This document shows positions 1-7,500 of a stretch of DNA of 13,167 nt, piece after piece; position 1 is the stretch's first letter, and every line of letters begins with the position of its first letter. Under the pieces are notes generated by a model. That model was not told the origin of the DNA. It saw only the letters and a list, made by a program, of their open reading frames with translations, and did no database searches. The position numbers and the translations under genes were made by a program. This stretch comes from a bacterium (GTDB taxonomy: Bacteria > Eisenbacteria > RBG-16-71-46), in contig JAYWEM010000033.1 of NCBI GenBank assembly GCA_043779265.1, positions 1-13,167 on the forward strand, given 5' to 3'.

Positions 1-276
1 GTGGCGACGCATGATGTCCAGTTGGCGACGCCGCTGGCAGATCGCGTCTATGTCCTCAAGCGAGGCGGCGAGATCGTGGCGCGCGGCACGCCCGAGGTCA
101 TCTTCCAGGACATCGACCTCTTGAAGGCGACGCACATCGAGCCGCCGCCGCTGGCCGAGTTGTTCCAGAAACTCGAACAGCAGGGCGTGGCCCTCGGGCG
201 TCCGGCAACGGTCGATGAAGCGCTCGAACGCCTGATGGCGCATCTGCGTGAGCAGGCCCGCAAGGCGGCGGGCTGA
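1..276 (+). CDS. ABC transporter ATP-binding protein, ECF/CbiO (EcfA-like) type; 5'-truncated C-terminal part
   Basis: The translation begins at the H-loop (ATHD...ADRVYVL..GEIVARGTPEVIF), followed by a 'LLKATHIEPPPLAELF' tail typical of EcfA/CbiO ATPases. The stop is TGA 274-276 and the start lies outside the window. Confidence 0.8.
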   Translation: MATHDVQLATPLADRVYVLKRGGEIVARGTPEVIFQDIDLLKATHIEPPPLAELFQKLEQQGVALGRPATVDEALERLMAHLREQARKAAG

Positions 277-1583
277 GCGGGGATCTGTTCGGCGACGCGC
301 TGCCGCCTTCGGGCGGAGCGCCCGAGGAGCCCGGTCCCGGTGCTCCGCTCGCTGCACGCATGCGGCCGAGGCGATTCGAGGATCTGGTCGGGCAGTCGCA
401 TCTGCTCCAGTCCGGCAGCCCTCTGGCACTCATGCGCGATGGTCGCCATCTCTCGAGCATCGTGCTGTGGGGACCGCCCGGAACCGGCAAGACCACGCTG
501 GCGCGACTCGTCGCCAGCACCGCCGGCGTGCCGTTCGTGCAGATGTCGGCCGTGCTCTCGGGCGTCAAGGACCTCAAAGAGGTGATGGAGCGAGCGGTGC
601 AGCACCGCCGCCGCAGCGGACGCCCGACGCTGTTGTTCGTCGATGAGATCCACCGCTTCAACAAGGCGCAGCAGGACGCGTTCCTCGCGCATGTCGAGCG
701 AGGCGACATCATCTTCATCGGAGCGACGACGGAGAATCCCAGCTTCGAGGTCAACTCGGCGCTGCTGTCGCGTGCACGTGTGCTGGTGCTGCGCGAACTG
801 ACGCATGAGGACGTGCGGGCATTGCTCGATCGGGCGCTGGTGGCCGAGGAGGGGCTCGCTGGGAAGGTGGCCGCCGAGCCCGAGGCGCTCGATCTGCTCG
901 CGGCATCGGCCGACGGCGATGCAAGGCGGGCCTTGACCACGCTCGAGATCTCCGCTGCCACGGCCGAGGCCGAGGGCCGCGGCATCACGGCGGCGGACGT
1001 GCGCGGCGCGCTGGCGCGCAAGCACCTGCGCTACGACCGCGCGGGCGAGGAGCACTTCAATCTGATCAGCGCGCTGCACAAGAGCCTGCGCGATTCCGAT
1101 GTGGACGCCTCGCTCTACTGGTTCGCGCGCATGGTGAAGGCGGGGGAGGACGCGCTGTACATCGGGCGACGGCTCATCCGCTTCGCCAGCGAGGACGTGG
1201 GCGTCGCCGACCCGATGGCGCTGCTGGTGGCCAACGCCGCGTTCGACGCCTATCACAAGCTCGGCTCACCGGAGGGGGAGCTGGCATTGGCGCACGCGGT
1301 GGTGCACCTGGCGAGGGCGCCCAAGTCGAATGCCGTGTACCGGGCGTTCGGCGCCGTGAGCGCCGAGATCGAGGCCTCGGGCTCGCTGCCGCCACCTCTT
1401 GTGATCCGCAATGCGCCGACGCGGCTCATGAAGGAGATGGGCTACGGCAAGGGCTATGCGTATGCGCCGGATGATCCGGAGGGTGCTGAAGTGCAGCAGC
1501 ATCTGCCGGATGAGCTGGTGGGGCGGAAGTGGTGGGGGGAAGGCGGTCACGGACAGGAAGGGTCGGGAGGCTCGGGGCGATGA
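273..1583 (+). CDS. rarA: Replication-associated recombination protein A (RarA/MgsA, AAA+ ATPase)
   Basis: Motifs: PLAARMRP, Walker A GPPGTGKT, Walker B VDEIHRF, GATTENP, GDAR, LHKSLRDSD, ASEDVG, APKSN, NAPTRLMKEMGYG. The first ATG (360) lies inside PLAARMRP, and the upstream in-frame sequence (SGDLF...) suggests a CTG start at 273 (436 aa). Confidence 0.95.
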   Translation: MSGDLFGDALPPSGGAPEEPGPGAPLAARMRPRRFEDLVGQSHLLQSGSPLALMRDGRHLSSIVLWGPPGTGKTTLARLVASTAGVPFVQMSAVLSGVKDLKEVMERAVQHRRRSGRPTLLFVDEIHRFNKAQQDAFLAHVERGDIIFIGATTENPSFEVNSALLSRARVLVLRELTHEDVRALLDRALVAEEGLAGKVAAEPEALDLLAASADGDARRALTTLEISAATAEAEGRGITAADVRGALARKHLRYDRAGEEHFNLISALHKSLRDSDVDASLYWFARMVKAGEDALYIGRRLIRFASEDVGVADPMALLVANAAFDAYHKLGSPEGELALAHAVVHLARAPKSNAVYRAFGAVSAEIEASGSLPPPLVIRNAPTRLMKEMGYGKGYAYAPDDPEGAEVQQHLPDELVGRKWWGEGGHGQEGSGGSGR

Positions 1584-2581
1584 GCGGCTCGCTTGCGCGC
1601 TCCGGTCACTCCGATGCGTCCGAAGCAAGTCACTTCGAGGTCATCTGGGTCCTCGGGCTCGACCTCAAGGATCTGCAGGACGAGGATCGGGCTGAGATCG
1701 CACCTGGCCTTTGTGCCTGCGCTCGACCTCCGGTCGAGCTCACGGAACCATGGAACACTTGGCTCGGCGCCGGGGCAGGTGACTACAAGCGGGCAAGGTT
1801 CTTCGTGCACTCGTCCGCGTCGAGCCCCGCTCTCGCGGCCCGCATGGCGGCCTCGGCTTGGCATTCGCTCTGCCTCATGGGAACTCCTCGGGCGGATCGC
1901 GTCCGGCGATTGTCAGGTGAGTTGAGTGAAGGAGAAGTACGTGTTCACGAAGCGGGAGACGCCTACCAGCCAGTAGTCGGTCATCGTGGATGCTTGAGCC
2001 GCCAGGAATTCGACCTCGAAAAATGGAAGCTACTGTGCGGCTCTCTTCGCACCATCCGGGACGAGCCGATCAGGTTCCGACGACTTGGTTCCGGCGTCCA
2101 TGCGTTCCTCCGCGGCGTCGGGGAAGTCGAAGGAGCAAAGCGACTCCACGACTTCGTCCGCGCCACCGAGTCCGTGATTCGGCTTGGCAAGAGTGACGGG
2201 GCCCCGCACTTCGCCAGGCGAGTCAGCAATTGGGTCGACTTCGGCGACGACCGAAAGGCTGCGGAGGAGCTCTACAAGCTTCGTAACAAGGAAGAGCATC
2301 ACGAGCCTCTGTCAGATGTCGTCGATGTGGCTGGCGACAAGACTCGGGAGCGCAGATTGCTCAACATCAGGGCCGAACAGGCCGAGTGGCTTGCACGCAC
2401 CACTCTGTGTCGCGTGCTCTCGTCGACCAAGCTACTCGAGCACTTTGAGGGTGATGGGGAAGCGTTCCATAGTGCTGATGCCTCGACTCAGGCCGCGCTC
2501 CTTGACAAGCGATGTGGCTGGAGGAGCTTCGAGGCCGATTCGGATGAGCGCCTCGGTATCGACTCCCGGACAGAGCGATAG
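1580..2581 (+). CDS. Hypothetical protein with C-terminal ApeA-like HEPN domain (putative RNase / defence effector), 333 aa
   Basis: ATGA overlap with the rarA stop, with GGGAGG just upstream. The helical C-terminal half reads 'RRLGSGVHAFLRG...RLHDFVRATESVI...FARRV...EELYKLRNKEEHHE', containing the HEPN E...R-X4-H signature (RNKEEH, 2282-2299). Codon usage has more A/T-ending codons than neighbouring genes. Confidence 0.65.
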   Translation: MSGSLARSGHSDASEASHFEVIWVLGLDLKDLQDEDRAEIAPGLCACARPPVELTEPWNTWLGAGAGDYKRARFFVHSSASSPALAARMAASAWHSLCLMGTPRADRVRRLSGELSEGEVRVHEAGDAYQPVVGHRGCLSRQEFDLEKWKLLCGSLRTIRDEPIRFRRLGSGVHAFLRGVGEVEGAKRLHDFVRATESVIRLGKSDGAPHFARRVSNWVDFGDDRKAAEELYKLRNKEEHHEPLSDVVDVAGDKTRERRLLNIRAEQAEWLARTTLCRVLSSTKLLEHFEGDGEAFHSADASTQAALLDKRCGWRSFEADSDERLGIDSRTER

Positions 2582-2870
2582 GGAGTCACAGCGAGAGTCC
2601 GCTGAGTCGAGTCCTCGAGTTGAAGTGTTCGAGGCCGAGGTGCTCGAATTGACTTGACGCCTCGACGCCTCCCGCGCGATCGGATCCCCTAGGGACTCAT
2701 CAGCGTCCTCCTGGGGCGCCACATCGCACGCAGGCACTTGCCGTGACCATGTCGCTGTTTCGAGTTCGTCGCGAGCTTCGTTTCGCGCTCAGCGAGGCTC
2801 CACGTGCGCCGTGAAGGCTCGTGTTAGGAATACCAAGCGCCCCCGCGACTCGCCCCCGCGGAGCACTTCC

Positions 2871-4322
2871 ATGCAGCCGCGCTCTCTGTCGCACTTGTCG
2901 GATCGCGTCCTGACGCACGACCTCAATTCGCTCGTGGCGCGCGACCGCGCCACCACAGCGGAGCTGCTCGCTCACTTGGCCGAGTTCGACTCCCGCAAAC
3001 TCCATCGGCCCGCCGGGTTCTCGTCGCTGTTCGACTACTGCGTGCAGGAGCTGGGGATGTCCGGCGATGCGGCCTGCGATCGCATCGAGGCGGCACGCGC
3101 GGCTCGCAGGAATCCGGGCATCCTCGCCGCAGTCGCCGAGGGACGGCTGCACCTCACCGCTGTGGTGATGCTCGCCAAGTACCTCGAGCGGGCGCCGCGA
3201 CTGGCCGAGGACCTGCTTCGAGCCGCCGAGCGTCGGACCAAGTCCGAGATCGCGATGCTGATCGCAACGCGCTTTCCGCGCGAGGATGTGCCGACCAGCC
3301 TGCGACCGGTCGCCGCTTCGGCGATCACGCCGGCCGCGACGCCAGTGCCGGGGTCGACGCTGCTTCCGGGAGGAAGTCCGGAATCCGACGGGCGATCCCT
3401 CCCACCGGACGAAGCACGGGCGTTCTGCGCAACGCGGGTATCCGTTCCGGAACGGATGGAATTCCTTGGGAATCCTGCGATCTCGACCTCGACGCCCGCA
3501 CCGACGCCCGCACCGACGCCCGCGCCTCGGCCGTTCCTCGCGCCGCTCTCCGCCGAGCGCTACGAGCTGCGCTGCACGATCAGCCGACAGTTCCACGAGA
3601 AGCTCCGCCGTGCCCAGGAACTGCTCTCGCATGCCGTGCCGTCGGGGGACGTAGTGCCGGTGCTGGAGCGTTGTGTGGACGAGTTCCTCGCTCATGCCGA
3701 GCGCGCAGGGCGGTCGGCGGCTCCGAAGCCCGGAGCGCTCCAATCGCTGGCGGCGAACGCCCTCAATCGGCGCCGAGTTCCGCTGGAGATACGTCGCCTC
3801 GTGCGGAATCGCGACGGAAACCGATGCACGTTCGTGAGCGAGTCGGGCCGACGCTGCGAAGCGCGCAAGCGCCTGGAGTACGACCACATCGTGCCGCTGG
3901 CCAAGGGCGGGCGCACGACCCTCGAGAACCTGCGGCTCGTCTGCCGCTCACATACCCAGCACCTGGCCGAGCGCGAGCTGGGGTCGGAGTACATGGACCG
4001 CAAGCGCGAGGCGGCGAAGTCTCACCGCGAGTTCGAGCGGGGGCGGGCGAGAGCACGTGCGAGTGCAGCGGCTGCCCCCGCCACGCCTGCGAGGTCCTCG
4101 GCTGTGCCTCAGACGGTTCAGGGCTCGCCCGGTCGCCGCCGCGCCGAGATCGTCCCGTTCCTCACCGGGCTCGGGTACTCGCCCGAGCACGCGCGCCGGG
4201 GCGCGGCCCTGTGCGATGGAATGATCGAGTCCACGCTTCACGACCGCGTTCGGTTCGCGATCGCACAGCTCGGTCCCGATCCCGAGCGACTGCGGGTGCG
4301 CGCTCGTGAGGCGGCGAGGTGA
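2871..4322 (+). CDS. HNH endonuclease with DUF222-like N-terminal domain, Pro-rich linker and RuvA-C-like C-terminal helix pair, 483 aa
   Basis: GGAG at 2860-2863 precedes ATG 2871. N-terminus 'LSHLSD..L...L..LVARDRATTAELLAHLAEFDSRKL..PAGFSSLFDYC..ELG.S' and HNH core 'VRNRDGNRCTF...GRRC...LEYDHIVPLAKGG.TTLENLRLVCRSH'. The tail 'FLTGLGYSPEHARRG' resembles the RuvA C-terminal motif. Confidence 0.85.
   Translation: MQPRSLSHLSDRVLTHDLNSLVARDRATTAELLAHLAEFDSRKLHRPAGFSSLFDYCVQELGMSGDAACDRIEAARAARRNPGILAAVAEGRLHLTAVVMLAKYLERAPRLAEDLLRAAERRTKSEIAMLIATRFPREDVPTSLRPVAASAITPAATPVPGSTLLPGGSPESDGRSLPPDEARAFCATRVSVPERMEFLGNPAISTSTPAPTPAPTPAPRPFLAPLSAERYELRCTISRQFHEKLRRAQELLSHAVPSGDVVPVLERCVDEFLAHAERAGRSAAPKPGALQSLAANALNRRRVPLEIRRLVRNRDGNRCTFVSESGRRCEARKRLEYDHIVPLAKGGRTTLENLRLVCRSHTQHLAERELGSEYMDRKREAAKSHREFERGRARARASAAAAPATPARSSAVPQTVQGSPGRRRAEIVPFLTGLGYSPEHARRGAALCDGMIESTLHDRVRFAIAQLGPDPERLRVRAREAAR
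3440..3457. repeat. Perfect 18-bp palindrome ATCCGTTCCGGAACGGAT inside the HNH gene
   Basis: Read directly: ATCCGTTCC|GGAACGGAT is its own reverse complement. It is immediately followed by palindromic GGAATTCC (3458-3465). Confidence 0.95.
3490..3525 (+). repeat. 12-bp tandem repeat (CGACGCCCGCAC) x3 encoding TPAP repeats in the HNH linker
   Basis: Copies at 3490-3501, 3502-3513 and 3514-3525 (last copy has one mismatch); protein TPAPTPAPTPAP. Confidence 0.9.
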
Positions 4323-4406
4323 GGCTCGAGCCGCGGGAGGGGGGGGCGGGTCGGGCCAGCCGGCGTAGGGCACGTGCGGCCCGGATTCCGGCTCTATGTA
4401 AAGTTG

Positions 4407-4435
4407 GTGACAAGCGACTCGGCGCATGCTAAAAG
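4407..4435 (+). promoter_or_regulatory. Possible sigma70-type promoter for the S8 protease
   Basis: GTGACA (4407-4412), 17 bp, then TAAAAG (4430-4435) with TG at 4427-4428 (extended -10), inside the only AT-rich patch of this intergenic region. The -10 lacks the conserved final T. Confidence 0.4.
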
Positions 4436-4561
4436 ATTTTGCCATCCGCGTGTGCCGTGGTCTGTCGTGGTCTCGGACACATGGTGCGGATACGTCCACC
4501 CGCAGGGGGCGGGCCCCGACTGCTGTCGAGGACCACGCCTACATCGTTCGGAGGCAGACCC

Positions 4562-7500
4562 ATGTCGCGGTTCCCCAGCCGTCGCGGTCTCACGCTGCTC
4601 GTCTCACTCGCCCTCTCGATGTTCGCTGCCTCGGGGGCCTCTGCGCAGGAGTCCGAGCGCCCGTTCGGGCCCGTCCAGCTCGGCTTCCAGCCGAATGCGC
4701 CACGCGTCGCCACCTACGTCCCCGGGCGCGTGCTGGTGAAGCTCTCCTCCGATGCACGCGAGGCCGCGAGCCGTCTCGACAGTGAGATGAAGTACGGCGA
4801 TGTCGTGCGCGAGGGCCTGACCGGACTCGATGCGGTCGATCAGGTGATCGGCAAGAGCGGAGCGGGTACGGTTCGCAAGGCGTACATCACGCTCAAGAAC
4901 GTCGACGAGGCCGAACGCCTCGGCATCGACCGGTGGATCCAGATCGACACGCAGTCGAAGATGATCACCACCGATCTCGCTGCCGAGCTGGCGCGGCTTC
5001 CCGAGGTCGAGGCGGTCTCACTCGATCGGATCGCGTTCCCGGCGGCGGTCCCCGCCGATCCGCTGCACTCGATCCACTGGGGCCACAACAACACGGCCCA
5101 GATGCTCGGCTACAACTGGACGAACCAGAACCACACGACCGGGTCCCCGGTCGGCACGGTGGGCTTCGACACGAACGCGCAGGTGGCCTGGGACGGCTCG
5201 CAGGGCTTCGGCTCGAGCTCGGTCATCATCGCCATCATCGACAGTGGCGTCGCGACGGCTCACCCGGACCTGACGCAGGTCACCGGGTGGGACTTCGGCG
5301 ACAACGATTCGAACCCGCACGACAACTCGGCTCAGGCCGGCCACGGCACGGCCTGCGCGGGCGTCGCGGCGGCCAAGGCGAACTCGCTGGGCTCGGCGGG
5401 TGCGGCCCCCAACTGCAGCATCATGCCGCTCAAGGTGGCCAACACCGCCGGGACGATGGCGTTCACGTCGATCCAGAACGCTCTCTACTACGCGGCCGAT
5501 AACGGCGCCAAGATCATCAGCATGAGCCTGGGCGCTGCGATCGCGAGCGATCCGGCGACGGATGCCGCGATCACGTACGCCTACAACGCGGGTTGCACGA
5601 TCCTCGCGGCGACCGGCAACGAGAACAAGACCACCATCAGCTACCCGGCGGTCCACGATCTCGTCATCGGCGTCGGCGCCGCATCGCCCTGTGGCGACCG
5701 CAAGCGCTCGAGCAGCAGCTCGAGCGAGGTGAATCCCGGCGTCAGCACGGACCCCAACGGCTACAGCTGCGATGGCGAGCGCTGGTGGGGATCGAACTAC
5801 GGCACCACCACAGCAGGCGCTGCGGGCGCTGTCGACGTGATCGCGCCGACGATCCTGCCGACCACCGACCTGCTCGGCTCGGCCGGTTACGACCCGAGTG
5901 ACTATTCCAAGTGGTTCAATGGCACATCGTGCTCGACGCCCTACGCGGCGGGTGTGTGCGCGCTGATCCTATCCAAGAACCCGACGTGGACGCCGGCGCA
6001 GATCAAGGCACAGCTGACGAGCACGGCGCAGGACATCGTCAGCGTCGAGTCGGCTGCCGGTTGGGATCGCTACACGGGCTACGGCATGGTCGATGCGGCC
6101 GCCGCGGTCGGCGGCGGCACGCCGCCGGTCGATCAGGTCACGGTGACCGCTCCCAATGGCGGCGAGTCGCTGGCCTCGGGCACGTCGACCAACATCACGT
6201 GGACGTCGGTCGGCAGCTTCACGACGGTCAATCTGGACTACTCGACCAATGGCGGCAGCACGTGGACCAGCATCGTCGCCAACACGCCCAATGACGGCTC
6301 ACAGGCGTGGACCGTCCCCGCCATCGCCACGACGCAGGGCCGCGTCCGCGTCAGCGGCGGCACGGCAAGCGATCAGAGCAACGCCAACTTCACGATCACG
6401 GTGGCCCCGACGGGCGGCTACGCCTCGCTGCCCTATTCGACGGGCTTCGAGAACGCGGGCGCGTTCGATTCGTTCTGGACGACGGCGGTGACCGCCAATG
6501 GCCGCGTGCGACTGCTCACCACGAATACGCCGCGCACCGGCAGCTACCACATGGTGATGGACGATGCGACGAGCGGCGGCTTCAGCCAGACCGAGGCCAA
6601 GCTCGGCCTCAACCTCTCGGGCCAGACGCAGGTGAACCTGTCGTTCTGGTGGAAGGACTTCGGCGACGAGACGCACACGCAGGACGGCATCTACTTCTCG
6701 AACAATGGCGGAACGTCGTTCACCAAGGTGTACAACCTCACGCCCGGCAGCTTCAGTGACAATACGTGGCGCCAGCTGACGCTCGACCTCGATGCGCTCG
6801 CCGCCACGGCAGGGCTCGCGCTGACCTCCACGTTCGTCGTCAAGTTCCAGCAGTACGACGACTACCCGATCAGCACCGATGGCATGGCGTTCGATGACAT
6901 CAGTGTGACGGCAGTCACCGGGCCTGCGGCGATCACGGCCGAGAGCGAGTCCAACAACACGTCGGCCACGGCCGACGGCCCGGTCGGCACCGGCGTCGCG
7001 GTCACGGGCACGATCTCCTCGTCGACCGATCAGGACTACTTCTACTTCGACGTCTCGACGGCAGGGAACGTCAACATCTCGCTCGCCATCGGCTCGACGG
7101 CCGACTTCGACTGGTTCCTCTACAACTCCGCACTGGTCGAAGTGGCCCGCGGTTACTCGACCGCCAATCCCGAGGTCGGCAACTACACGGCCGCGGCCGG
7201 GCGGTACTACCTGATGGTGGACGGCTACAGCACCGCCACGGGCAGCTACACGCTCACCGTGGGCGGCGGGCTGGCCAATGCGATCCTGCCGCAGCAGAAG
7301 GACTGGGTCGGACTTCCCGGCGTGACGAGCCTGCTCGCCAATGCCCCGAACCCGTTCAAGGGCACCACCGCGATCTCGTTCGCGCTCGCCGAGAAGGGTG
7401 CCGTCACGCTCGACGTGTTGGACCTGGCCGGACGTGTCGTCGCCACGTTGGCCGAAGGCGAGTACGCCGCGGGAACGCACACGCTGCGCTGGGCGGGCCG

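Noticed and set aside
48..1256. 402-aa minus-strand ORF (and 98..1021)
   Set aside because: Antisense shadow of rarA, expected from high GC3; no motifs of its own.
2582..2870. CRISPR array or tRNA/attachment site in the HEPN-HNH spacer
   Set aside because: Repeats are only 5-10 bp with irregular spacing; no cloverleaf or T-loop motif and no integrase nearby.
2700..3887. 395-aa minus-strand ORF over the HNH gene
   Set aside because: Arg-rich shadow frame with no domain signature; the + strand carries clear HNH-family motifs.
2668..4340. 9-bp inverted match CCTCCCGCG (2668-2676) / CGCGGGAGG (4332-4340) as terminal repeats
   Set aside because: Too short and GC-rich to exceed chance between two ~250-bp flanks; no target-site duplication seen.
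4439..4561. Longer N-terminus for the S8 protease from the ORF track
   Set aside because: ATG 4562 has a GGAGG SD and begins a clean signal peptide; the upstream extension is not protein-like.
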